DNA of 64,000 nt from a virus. This document shows, in pieces, positions 55,142 through 64,000 of this stretch. The notes under the pieces are model-generated. The model did not search any database, had not been told where the DNA came from, and saw only the letters and a program-made list of their open reading frames with translations. How positions within the stretch are numbered: the stretch's first letter is position 1; each line of letters opens with the position of its first letter. The stretch lies in the IMG/VR virus record IMGVR_UViG_3300024346_000009; one strand, given 5' to 3'. A program made the position numbers and the translations under genes.

Positions 55142-56344
55142 ATGGACTTCATAGACTACTTAACAGAAGCACCGGAGAAACACGGCGTACTTACGTATGG
55201 TCGTATGAATCCACCCACATCTGGGCATGAGCAGGTCATTAATAAAGTTCATGAAGTTGCTAAAGCGCACAATGCTGTTCATAAAGTAGTTCTATCTCAT
55301 ACAAGCGGTACCAAGGATGGTAAGAACCCGTTACCGGCTGATGTTAAAGTAAAGCATGCGCAACACGCCTTCCCTGGCACACATATTGAAGCGGCTTCTA
55401 AAGAGCATCCTACCATTTTGCATCATGCAGCTGCAATGGCTAAACAAGGTGTCAAGCACTTACATGTAGTTGCAGGCTCTGATCGAGTAGAAGAATATCA
55501 TAAGTTACTTCATAAGTATAATGGAGTAAAGAGTGGCCACGGACACTACAATTTTAAATCTATTACTGTTCATTCCTCTGGTGAAAGAGACCCAGATGCA
55601 GAAGGTACATCTGGTGTTTCAGGTACTAAGATGCGAGAGCATGCAGCTGCAGGTAGAAAGAATAAATTCCATGCCGCTTTGCCTTCTAAAATGAAACCAG
55701 AGCACAAAGATGCCTTGTATCACGATGTAAGACATCACATGGGTATACAAGAAGCGGTAGCGCCTGGTTCACAAGGTGAAGTAAAGATTTCTAAATATGA
55801 ATGGGGTACCCCAGAAAGCACTAAAGAGATGAAGCGCATTACCCCTGGAGAGAGTAAGATTAAGACTGAAGAAAAAGAAGCAGACTATGGTGAAAAGTTT
55901 CAGTCAATGGTAAAGAGAGTTAAGGTAAGCGCCCAGCAAGGTATTAAAAAGACTGTCTGGGTCCCAGCAAAGTACGGTACAGGTGGCTCTTATAAGGTAG
56001 TACCAGTTAACAAAGTTAAAGAGTCTGTAGAGGTAGAACCCATGCAATCAGAGGCAACAAGATTACCCTTCTTATTAATGAATGCTGAACAAAAGCGAGC
56101 ATTAATTGAAGCCGAGGTTGACGAGTTAGAATTCGATGGTATTCAAACTAAGAACCTGGATATATGTCCTAGTGCTTATAAGGAATTTAAAAAGCTAATT
56201 GAAACTGTTAGAGCAGGTGAGAGCATTGGAGAGCCTATTGATCATAACCTACCTTCAAAAGCTGTTCAAGATATAGCGGCAGGTATTGCTTTGAAACCCG
56301 CTACACTTCGTAATATGCAGTTCAGACACTTTACAGGGTTATAA
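55142..56344 (+). CDS. Cytidyltransferase-like (HxGH nucleotidyltransferase) protein with C-terminal modules
   Basis: GRMNPPTSGH, KNPL, VAGSDR, SGTKMR. Confidence 0.8.
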   Translation: MDFIDYLTEAPEKHGVLTYGRMNPPTSGHEQVINKVHEVAKAHNAVHKVVLSHTSGTKDGKNPLPADVKVKHAQHAFPGTHIEAASKEHPTILHHAAAMAKQGVKHLHVVAGSDRVEEYHKLLHKYNGVKSGHGHYNFKSITVHSSGERDPDAEGTSGVSGTKMREHAAAGRKNKFHAALPSKMKPEHKDALYHDVRHHMGIQEAVAPGSQGEVKISKYEWGTPESTKEMKRITPGESKIKTEEKEADYGEKFQSMVKRVKVSAQQGIKKTVWVPAKYGTGGSYKVVPVNKVKESVEVEPMQSEATRLPFLLMNAEQKRALIEAEVDELEFDGIQTKNLDICPSAYKEFKKLIETVRAGESIGEPIDHNLPSKAVQDIAAGIALKPATLRNMQFRHFTGL

Positions 56345-56772
56345 TGTTAATAGATGAATTAAAAAAAGTGCATGCTGATGCATTTACATTTTACCTAAAA
56401 GCACATTTTTACCATTGGAATGTCGAGGGTTCTGATTTCCCTCAATACCATGACTTTCTTCAAAATCTCTATCAAGAGGTTTTTTCCTCTGTAGATACCC
56501 TTGCAGAATTAATTAGAACACTTGATTCTTATGCCCCAGGCACACTTACAAGATTAAAAGAGCTAACCTCTATAGAAGAAACAGATGACGTTCCAGATGC
56601 AAAAACTATGATGACAAGATTACTTCAGGAAAATAATATATTAAGAGCATCATTACTTACCGCATATACAACTGCAGAAACGACAGGTGAAGTAGGCGTT
56701 GCTAATTTCTTACAAGATAGAATTCAAGCGCACGAAAAACATGGATGGATGTTAAGGTCAATACTAAAATGA
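56344..56772 (+). CDS. dps: Dps/ferritin-like DNA-protection protein
   Basis: HFYHWNVEG..F...H, D.LAE, HEKH.WML. Confidence 0.92.
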   Translation: MLIDELKKVHADAFTFYLKAHFYHWNVEGSDFPQYHDFLQNLYQEVFSSVDTLAELIRTLDSYAPGTLTRLKELTSIEETDDVPDAKTMMTRLLQENNILRASLLTAYTTAETTGEVGVANFLQDRIQAHEKHGWMLRSILK

Positions 56773-57515
56773 GTCACGATTCAAATAACCAACACGAGTT
56801 GTTGAAGACAGCATTAGAAGCTACTGATGCGTACTTAGGTGTAGAAAAACAAGCTGTAGCTGCTAAAAAAGCTACGCCAGTTATGATACATGATTTTACC
56901 TATCATATGTCGCGAGCACATGATACTCTTAAATTATTAGGGGTATTAAAAGATCATGAAGAATATATGACATCTCATGTTACCACAATGAGTAATCTTT
57001 TTGGATATAGTTACTCTGATGTGCAAGAGGATGCAGTTGTATCGTTTGCAAGCTTTATTGCAGAAGAGAATGAAGAAGCAACTTTTACTGAGGCAGTTAT
57101 GGATGAGATAGTAGAAGGGACGACATGGGAAGATATCGTTGATCTATATTCTGAAGAAGAGTTGGTTGAAGAGGAGGAAGTTACTGAGGCCTTATCTGCT
57201 CAAGCACGACTTAAAAAGAAGCAATCCTTTTCAAGAAATAAGAGCAGAAGAAACGTAGCTCGCGGTCTTAAGTTACGCAGAGCATCTTCACCTGATACAC
57301 TTAAAAGACGCGCCATGGCAGCTGCCCGGCGTGCAATGTATAAGAGGCTGTTGAGCGGTAGGAACAAATCATCTCTTTCAGCATCAGAAAAAAATAGAGT
57401 TGAAATGCAAGTATCAAAAATGAAAAACATTCAGTCTTCTATAGTCAATAGAATGATGCCTAAGATACGATCTCTAGAACAATCAAGACTTGCACACTAC
57501 AGAAGTAAAAAATGA
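56769..57515 (+). CDS. Hypothetical protein with acidic and basic halves
   Basis: Internal SFASFIAEE; basic C-terminal module. Confidence 0.65.
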   Translation: MSHDSNNQHELLKTALEATDAYLGVEKQAVAAKKATPVMIHDFTYHMSRAHDTLKLLGVLKDHEEYMTSHVTTMSNLFGYSYSDVQEDAVVSFASFIAEENEEATFTEAVMDEIVEGTTWEDIVDLYSEEELVEEEEVTEALSAQARLKKKQSFSRNKSRRNVARGLKLRRASSPDTLKRRAMAAARRAMYKRLLSGRNKSSLSASEKNRVEMQVSKMKNIQSSIVNRMMPKIRSLEQSRLAHYRSKK

Positions 57516-57871
57516 AAAGGCTATTGATTATTGCCGTACTGTTTCTATCAGGCTGTTCGACGATAGATAAAATTAAAGAAGTATGGCCCCGTGCTCATGA
57601 CCCTGTCATGGTAAGTGCGTATATTGATTTAGATATATATCTTGATGAAATTAATTGCAAGTCACCTAATAGTATTGATTTTGCTAAAGAAAGAGCTATT
57701 TGGTTAAACAAGTATGCAGAATTTAGGGGTGATCCTCAAAGAGTGTCTACGAAAGCAATTGTGGACAATTTAGATAAAGCCCAAGCCGGTACTTTGACTG
57801 CATGTGACCGGTGGGTTAGTTTATCAAAAATAAGAATGAAGACTATTAAAGAAGCATGGAGTGATAGATGA
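57512..57871 (+). CDS. Lipoprotein
   Basis: Lipobox LSGC. Confidence 0.7.
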   Translation: MKRLLIIAVLFLSGCSTIDKIKEVWPRAHDPVMVSAYIDLDIYLDEINCKSPNSIDFAKERAIWLNKYAEFRGDPQRVSTKAIVDNLDKAQAGTLTACDRWVSLSKIRMKTIKEAWSDR

Positions 57872-58101
57872 CACTAGAAGAAATTGTAGAATATCAAGCA
57901 GAAGAATCTATTCGCGGTGAACTTGCTCGTGAGTTTGTTGGTATCTTAAGTGACTATCAAACAGGTGCTCTAACAATTGAAGATAAAAATTTAATGATTA
58001 CTGAAATATTAAACTCTTGCCAATCATCTGAATTAGCTCAAGATGAAGTAATAATGAGATGGGCGGTTTCTGCTGCCACCACAGCTGTTAATATTATTTA
58101 A
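57868..58101 (+). CDS. Hypothetical protein
   Basis: Coupled, SD GGAG. Confidence 0.65.
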   Translation: MTLEEIVEYQAEESIRGELAREFVGILSDYQTGALTIEDKNLMITEILNSCQSSELAQDEVIMRWAVSAATTAVNII

Positions 58102-58110
58102 AGTAAAAAA

Positions 58111-58686
58111 ATGAAAAGCTTTAAACAAATAAGAGAACAAGTTCAATCGGTTACAGAAGGTGAGCGTGGGTTGTGGGATAACATCCATGCCAAACGCAAA
58201 CGTATTAAATCCGGTTCTGGTGAGCGTATGCGTAAGCCAGGTAGTAAGGGTGCACCTACTAAACAAAACTTTAAAGATTCTATGTCTGAAGATGTAGAAC
58301 AACTATTCGATCTTATTGAAGATGTAATAGAAGATATTGCAAAAGATAATAACGTTGACTCTGAATTTATTTGGGAAGATCTTGAATCAATACCAGATGA
58401 AGAGTTACTAGAGATAGCAGCCTGGCAGCGTAAAGAAGGTAAGAACCCTGAAGGTGGTTTGAATGCTAAAGGTATTGCCGCTTACCGTAGAGAGAACCCA
58501 GGCTCTAAATTACAAATGGCTGTAACAACTAAACCATCTAAGTTAAAACCAGGTAGTAAAGCGGCTAATAGAAGAAAGTCTTTTTGTGCTCGCATGGGTG
58601 GTATGAAGAAAAGACTAACATCTGCAAAGACTGCAAGAGACCCAGATTCTAGGATTAATAAAGCTCTTAGAAAATGGAACTGCTAA
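58111..58686 (+). CDS. Modular putative head-internal protein
   Basis: MKSFKQIRE; modules GLWDNIHAKRKR and RRKSFCARM...LRKWNC. Confidence 0.7.
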   Translation: MKSFKQIREQVQSVTEGERGLWDNIHAKRKRIKSGSGERMRKPGSKGAPTKQNFKDSMSEDVEQLFDLIEDVIEDIAKDNNVDSEFIWEDLESIPDEELLEIAAWQRKEGKNPEGGLNAKGIAAYRRENPGSKLQMAVTTKPSKLKPGSKAANRRKSFCARMGGMKKRLTSAKTARDPDSRINKALRKWNC

Positions 58687-58721
58687 TTAACTTATAAGTA
58701 TACGAAACTAAAGGAAACAAA

Positions 58722-60224
58722 ATGGACATGAAATCTATTTCACAAAAATTACAAGATGACATTCGTGATATCATGGAGGGCAACATTAAACACCCTAATC
58801 AACAAAAGATTGATGTACATGAGCCAGAGAAAGATGAAATCACTGCCGATGATTTTAAAAAGCTTCGTGCAATGAAGAAGACGAAGACTGAAGAGCATGC
58901 TCCTGAATCTACCGAGCAGGTAGAGGAAGAAGAAAAGAAGAAGCCTGTTAGTCCTTTTGACTATAAAAATTATCAAAGTCAAATACCTAAAAAACCAGGT
59001 GAGACAGCTGGGTTTGACTCAAAGAAAATTTCTACTGGTACCGTTTATACTAGAAAGCCAGTTAAAGAAGAAAGCCATCAGTCTGCAACTACTATGAAGC
59101 ATATCCCTAATGCTTCCCCGGCACTTAAAAAAGCTGCTAAAGATATTAAACCTGGCGTTGCAGGCTATCGCGATCGTATTGATATGCTTAAAGCTGGCGG
59201 TGTTAAAGAAGAAACTCAGATTGATGAACTATCTAAATCAACTTTAGGTTCCTATTTGACGAAGAAAACATCTGAATACATGAAAGGTAAAACCCAACCT
59301 GGTACAAAAGAACATGCTAAAGATGTACAGAACATGGGTAAAGCTTACGATAAGTTAAAAGAGGAAGAAGCTGAACTTGATGAAGCATATCAAACAGCAA
59401 AGAGTGAGTTCGTAGCTCGTCAGGGAAGACTGACAGCTGCAGCTGCTGAGACTGAAAAAGATCCCGCGCGCCTGAAGAGGATGTCTAGCATACCAGGCTA
59501 TAGTGCTGCAATGGATTTAGCCAAAAAGACAACTCAGGGCGCAAAGCACACTAAAGAAGAAGTTGAGCAAATGGATGAGCTTTCAGTTGAAACAATGAAG
59601 TCGGCAAAAGAAAAATTAGCTAATAAAGCCTATGATGCCCACATGGATGACAACAAAATGGCAGCAAGAAACTTTGCTCACAGAGCTTTAAAAGTGGGTT
59701 CAAAAATTAAAAGTAAAGAGCGTTCCTCCTCTCAAATGACTAGAGAAGAAGTTGAGATGGTATATGAAGCGAATATTCAACCAACAGCGGCAAAGTCCAG
59801 GTCACATATAGGTAATATAAGTCATCCAACTACAAATCACGTTGCGCATCCTAGTTCAGGAAAAGAAATTGGTCTAATTACAAAGCAGCCAGACGGAAAA
59901 TACCACGCCCACCCATCATCCGTAAAATTGTCACACAGCCAAGGTGGTACATTTGATACCAAGGACCAAGCTCATCAGCATATCCGTGATGCTCATGCCA
60001 AAGCTATTAAAACCGGTACGTTGAGTGATAGATGGAAGAAACAAGAGAAGCTACCACAATTTGCTAAAGAAGAAGTTGAGCAAGAAGAATACACATTTGC
60101 TGATTACTTGAATGCTGCGCTTGAACATTACAATGATGAAGAAGCTGTTAATGTGGCTAATGAGGCTTACAATAAACAAGATATAAGTCTGTTTATCAAA
60201 GAATCCCAACAGCCCGAAGCCTAA
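58722..60224 (+). CDS. Modular putative head-internal polyprotein
   Basis: Many KEE.EQ.DE linkers. Confidence 0.65.
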   Translation: MDMKSISQKLQDDIRDIMEGNIKHPNQQKIDVHEPEKDEITADDFKKLRAMKKTKTEEHAPESTEQVEEEEKKKPVSPFDYKNYQSQIPKKPGETAGFDSKKISTGTVYTRKPVKEESHQSATTMKHIPNASPALKKAAKDIKPGVAGYRDRIDMLKAGGVKEETQIDELSKSTLGSYLTKKTSEYMKGKTQPGTKEHAKDVQNMGKAYDKLKEEEAELDEAYQTAKSEFVARQGRLTAAAAETEKDPARLKRMSSIPGYSAAMDLAKKTTQGAKHTKEEVEQMDELSVETMKSAKEKLANKAYDAHMDDNKMAARNFAHRALKVGSKIKSKERSSSQMTREEVEMVYEANIQPTAAKSRSHIGNISHPTTNHVAHPSSGKEIGLITKQPDGKYHAHPSSVKLSHSQGGTFDTKDQAHQHIRDAHAKAIKTGTLSDRWKKQEKLPQFAKEEVEQEEYTFADYLNAALEHYNDEEAVNVANEAYNKQDISLFIKESQQPEA

Positions 60225-60291
60225 ATATATTACGGGCGCCATCTATTTAAAATACGATGGTAATAAAGTTAAAAAGAATAAGGAGACATAA

Positions 60292-61083
60292 ATGTCCTCA
60301 TGGGGTAATACAGATAATACGTTGATTGCTGGTACTGTAACAGCATATGCAGCTAATACACGAGTAGTCGGATCAGGTACATACTTTTCTATTAACGTTA
60401 AAGCCGGGGACTATGTAACAATTGCTACCTCCGGTAAATACAAGGTAGAGACTGTTACATCCAATACCGTGCTGACACTATCAACGGTTGCAACTGCTGT
60501 GACTGGTCAAGCAGTATACTTGCAACAAGGTCCTAAATCAATTGAAGCTGCTACATCATTTGCTGCTGCAAGACGTGCTAACCTAGTTACAGCATCAACA
60601 GTGTTCGGTGTTGATTCGGCAGAGGCCGGTACAAGTAGAGTTGCAAGCGTTGCAGTTAATTCCGCTGGTACTGGTTATCAAAGAACAGCCAACGTACCTG
60701 CTGCTACAGCTAATACAACTGCTACATTCACCACAACTGGTGCAAGCCAGCCACAAGCAAATGCAACCGCTACCTTAACTTTTGCAAATAACGTCTTAAC
60801 GGCTATTACGGTAACAGCTGCAGGTAAGGGGTACACAGCCGCTGCAAGAGCCAACACAACACTAGTAATTGCTACCACCGGTGCCGCTCAACCACTGACC
60901 AATGCTACTGCAACGATTGCCTTCACCACCTCTGGTATTGCTAACGCATCACATACCGGTTGGGTAAACCAGGTAAACTATTCTACCAGCCAGGGTTCGA
61001 TAAGAAATAAATCCGAAGTACTTGTTGCTATGTCTAAGAACGGTATCACCGGCGACGACGAAGATACTAATTTCCCTGATTAA
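60292..61083 (+). CDS. Virion structural protein (Ala/Thr/Gly-rich)
   Basis: MSSWG, beta-rich GTGY repeats, HTGWV, SEVLVAM; SD AAGGAG. Confidence 0.65.
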   Translation: MSSWGNTDNTLIAGTVTAYAANTRVVGSGTYFSINVKAGDYVTIATSGKYKVETVTSNTVLTLSTVATAVTGQAVYLQQGPKSIEAATSFAAARRANLVTASTVFGVDSAEAGTSRVASVAVNSAGTGYQRTANVPAATANTTATFTTTGASQPQANATATLTFANNVLTAITVTAAGKGYTAAARANTTLVIATTGAAQPLTNATATIAFTTSGIANASHTGWVNQVNYSTSQGSIRNKSEVLVAMSKNGITGDDEDTNFPD

Positions 61084-61085
61084 TT

Positions 61086-61526
61086 ATGGCAGATAGTAAA
61101 GTAAGTGAGCTTGTATCAGCTACCTCCGTAGGGGGTAGCGATCAGCTGTATATTGTTCAATCTAGTACCAGTAAGAAGGTTACTGCAGCGGTGTTGTTCG
61201 CCAACGCAGCCAACGTCGTACTTAAGGGCAATATTAACCTGGACACAACCGTACAGCTATTAGCATCACCAGGTACTATTGACATTACCAAACAAATAAC
61301 CCACCTCAGTGCTGATGCATCAGGTGGTACTTTGATTTTACCAACTGGTACGGATAAGCAGATTAAGATATTAGCTATGACAGCTACAGCCGGTGGTACA
61401 TACACAGTTACTACTAATGTTGCTAACAGTGCAAACGTTGTGTTTAATAACGTTGGTGACACTGCTACTCTATTGTATACAAATAACAAATGGTTTGTTA
61501 TCGGGGGTACTGCCTCACTAACTTAA
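61086..61526 (+). CDS. Virion structural protein
   Basis: MADSKVSEL N-terminus; GDTATLLY...W. Confidence 0.6.
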   Translation: MADSKVSELVSATSVGGSDQLYIVQSSTSKKVTAAVLFANAANVVLKGNINLDTTVQLLASPGTIDITKQITHLSADASGGTLILPTGTDKQIKILAMTATAGGTYTVTTNVANSANVVFNNVGDTATLLYTNNKWFVIGGTASLT

Positions 61527-61529
61527 AAT

Positions 61530-61916
61530 ATGTTTGAATTGACTGAACAAACCTTTACACTATACGCTATTAAACATTATGATAACCCTGCTTGCAAAGG
61601 CATGGCAGAATTTCATGATGATTTAAAGAAATTTAGATACTTAAAAAGACTCTTTAGGAAATACACTACAGGTAGTGAGCTTAAGGAGAGATTAATAATA
61701 AACCATCTGGTTGTTTTATATAACCTTTTTGGACCTGAGGCGGCTACTAAGATGCTCTTCTTTAAGATTGAAGAAGAGTTTTGGCCACAGCTAAAAACAT
61801 TTCTGGTGTTCTTAAGCTACATGCCGATAGGTTCAATTGTACTTAACAGTATGAAGATAGAGGGATATGAAATTCCTCTTGACGAAGCTGTTGCAGAAGC
61901 TTTAGGAAAACTTTAA
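61530..61916 (+). CDS. Conserved T4-like hypothetical protein
   Basis: YDNP.C...EF.DDL...YLKRL, RLIINH. Confidence 0.8.
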   Translation: MFELTEQTFTLYAIKHYDNPACKGMAEFHDDLKKFRYLKRLFRKYTTGSELKERLIINHLVVLYNLFGPEAATKMLFFKIEEEFWPQLKTFLVFLSYMPIGSIVLNSMKIEGYEIPLDEAVAEALGKL

Positions 61917-62452
61917 TGGGTCGGTTTGTAGATTCTATCATTGCTTATCGTATTTTACGGATGCTTACAACGCCATTCGAAAATACTGATGCCTATCAAC
62001 TTGGTATCATTGATATTAAGGGTAAAGAGTTGAAGAAGATGAGTTCTTTAAACTCAGTAAATGAGCGTGACGCTTATTCTATTCTTCATCGAATGATTTT
62101 TCGTATTAAGAGAATAATTGAAAAGGTACCGGTCGATAATAAAAAACTTATTACCTTTGCCGCCGCCTTATCTCTAGTTAAAGAGCATGCGCATGTAACA
62201 AGTGAACCTATAGACCTAGAGTCACAGTTTATGGATAGATTGGACTTTGATCTTCAAAAAGAGATTCAAATTACAGAAGAGTTTTTAGGTAACACAAATA
62301 TGTTTACCTTTAAACAATTTGTAGAAGAAGCTCCTGCTAACAATGCAGCAGCAACCCCAGGTGTAGCCGGATTTACACCTGATACCCTAGGTGTGCCTAA
62401 AAGCACACGTCCCCCACTACTGAAGCGAAAGAAGGTAATTAAAAATGTTTAA
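61916..62452 (+). CDS. Conserved T4-like hypothetical protein
   Basis: YR.L..LTTPF..TDAY.LGIID; internal TFKQFVEE. Confidence 0.8.
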   Translation: MGRFVDSIIAYRILRMLTTPFENTDAYQLGIIDIKGKELKKMSSLNSVNERDAYSILHRMIFRIKRIIEKVPVDNKKLITFAAALSLVKEHAHVTSEPIDLESQFMDRLDFDLQKEIQITEEFLGNTNMFTFKQFVEEAPANNAAATPGVAGFTPDTLGVPKSTRPPLLKRKKVIKNV

Positions 62453-62822
62453 ATCAATTAAAGAATTTTTTGTAGGTAAACCAAAGGTTGAAGACCCCCC
62501 TGCTGAATGCCCCTACATGGCAGAGGTTATACCTGTTGGAACAGAGGCAACGATTGTAGCATCGTCTACAACAACTGCTGCTGTATCAGGTGAGCAAGCT
62601 CAACCTGCACCAATAACAATTACACCTGAGACCGTCGTTATTTCTATCTCTGATAATATGAATGTCAGTGTTGGGAGCCAATCAGATACTATTACACTAA
62701 CACCCCCGGTCGCTAATTCAGGCGCCTGGCCATTTCCCACCGCTGCACCATTGGAGTCTGTAGTTAAGAAAACAACTACACCTGCCATTAAAGCAACTAA
62801 AAAACCACGTAAGAAGAAGTAA
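62445..62822 (+). CDS. Low-complexity hypothetical protein
   Basis: Coupled; Pro/Thr-rich. Confidence 0.6.
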   Translation: MFKSIKEFFVGKPKVEDPPAECPYMAEVIPVGTEATIVASSTTTAAVSGEQAQPAPITITPETVVISISDNMNVSVGSQSDTITLTPPVANSGAWPFPTAAPLESVVKKTTTPAIKATKKPRKKK

Positions 62823-63179
62823 ATGGCGGAACCAATGTCAAAAGCAGATCTGGAAACAGAGACCAGAGTATCGGTACTTGAAACCCAGGTCGACACTATT
62901 GCAGGTAGCGTAATTAAATTAGAACAAAAAATTGATTCTAATTATGCAACGTTACATAGTCGAATTAGTGACTTGAGGGACGATCTACGTAATGACATTG
63001 ATGTTAAGCATGAGAAAATTATTGATAAGCTTGATGCACAAAACAAAGCCAGTACCGACCAACATAAGCTTATTTCAGATAAGATAAGCTCTATTGAAAA
63101 ATGGCGTTACATGATGGTTGGTGGTTCAATAGTAATGGGATATGTTCTGGCACACATTAAGTTAGATAAACTATTTTAA
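62823..63179 (+). CDS. Coiled-coil protein with C-terminal TM
   Basis: R.SVLE...IEKWRY..GG. Confidence 0.7.
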   Translation: MAEPMSKADLETETRVSVLETQVDTIAGSVIKLEQKIDSNYATLHSRISDLRDDLRNDIDVKHEKIIDKLDAQNKASTDQHKLISDKISSIEKWRYMMVGGSIVMGYVLAHIKLDKLF

Positions 63180-63237
63180 CTTGCCTTTTTAACAGTTCTA
63201 TATTATAATAAGGCCTCTCTAAGAGGCTTTTTTTATT

Positions 63238-64000
63238 ATGTCCGTATTCCTTGACCAAAAATACCTTATGCTTATAAGTAACCGTCTTCCTTTGTTCAAG
63301 AAGAAGAAGGATAATACGTATAACTGTAGGTGCGTGATATGTGGTGACTCACAAAAGAACAGACACAAAATGCGGGGGTACTTCTTCGCATATAAAACCG
63401 ATTTGCGGTACAAGTGTTACAATTGTGACTTATCGTTGAGTTTTGGTAACTTTCTTAAATCTCAAGACTCAATAATGTACTCACAGTATGCGTTAGAGAA
63501 GTATAGTGAAGGTCATACTAAATCTGCAAATGTAGTACCAGAGTTTAAATTTGAGGAACCAGTTTTTAAAAATAAAGACGAAAAACTACTTGATAAGATA
63601 TTAGATAGAGTAGATACACTGCCGGCAGACCATGAAGTAGTTTTGTTCTGTAACAGTAGAAAGATACCTAAAGAAAAGCAAAAACAACTCTATTTTATTA
63701 ATAACATTAAAGATATTGTACAATTAAATGACAAGTATAAAGAAAGTATTCAAGGCGAGGAACCCCGATTGGTGCTCCCTTTTTACGATAGCAACAATCA
63801 GTTATCTGGGGTTACCTGTAGAGCCTTACGCGGTGAAGCGCTTCGTTACATCACTATCAAAGTTAAAGACAACGTACCGCTCTTATTCGGTATAGACTCT
63901 GTAAACAAGAGTAAACCTATATACGTTGTAGAGGGACCTATTGATAGTCTGTTCTTAGATAATGCAATTGCCGTAAGTGGTACATCGTTTGGAAAGCTTA
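63238..64000 (+). CDS. gp61: DNA primase gp61, 5' part (runs off the window)
   Basis: MSVFLDQKY, CRCVICGDS...RGY...KCYNC zinc finger, VEGPIDSLF TOPRIM motif; promoter TTGCCT...TATAAT upstream. Confidence 0.93.
   Translation, partial: MSVFLDQKYLMLISNRLPLFKKKKDNTYNCRCVICGDSQKNRHKMRGYFFAYKTDLRYKCYNCDLSLSFGNFLKSQDSIMYSQYALEKYSEGHTKSANVVPEFKFEEPVFKNKDEKLLDKILDRVDTLPADHEVVLFCNSRKIPKEKQKQLYFINNIKDIVQLNDKYKESIQGEEPRLVLPFYDSNNQLSGVTCRALRGEALRYITIKVKDNVPLLFGIDSVNKSKPIYVVEGPIDSLFLDNAIAVSGTSFGKL

Noticed and set aside
63219-63413. Minus-strand 64-aa ORF
   Set aside because: Antisense shadow of the primase gene, which the track missed because it runs off the window
1-64000. Stop-codon reassignment, suppressor tRNA, inteins, integrase or other mobile elements
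   Set aside because: Core genes are intact at expected lengths in the standard code, all tRNA anticodons are sense, and no such motifs were seen

Overview
A 64-kb segment of a large, AT-rich, lytic T4-like myovirus genome. The host is probably a freshwater betaproteobacterium; this is inferred from the IscU, ErpA and phasin-like genes. Contents in order: a 7-deazaguanine (preQ0/preQ1) cluster (queC, stand-alone glutamine amidotransferase, dUTPase-like, queD, yhhQ); gp47/gp46; a hyperplastic region of small early genes with sigma70-like promoters carrying a GTAAC upstream motif; a strongly strand-skewed locus at about 16.7-17.5 kb; a tRNA cluster; a glycan-biosynthesis cluster; gp45/44/62/regA/hsp20; a minus-strand late operon (holin-like, lipase, IscU, IscA/ErpA, LpxH-like, GT2); gp43/uvsX/gp41; a late cluster of probable head-internal and virion proteins; and the 5' part of primase gp61. 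The most striking observation is a complete minus-strand transcription unit (promoter, SD, 55-aa ORF at 17062-17229, terminator) whose sense strand has no cytosine for 323 nt. It sits in an origin-like locus and is missed by the ORF track. Other notable candidates are a preQ1-riboswitch-like leader in front of queD-yhhQ, a 239-codon overprinted frame inside gp46, a family of proteins with T4-type capsid-targeting N-termini that includes modular protease-site polyproteins, and several pseudoknot or tRNA-like RNAs. All family calls come from recognising motifs by eye; no searches were run.
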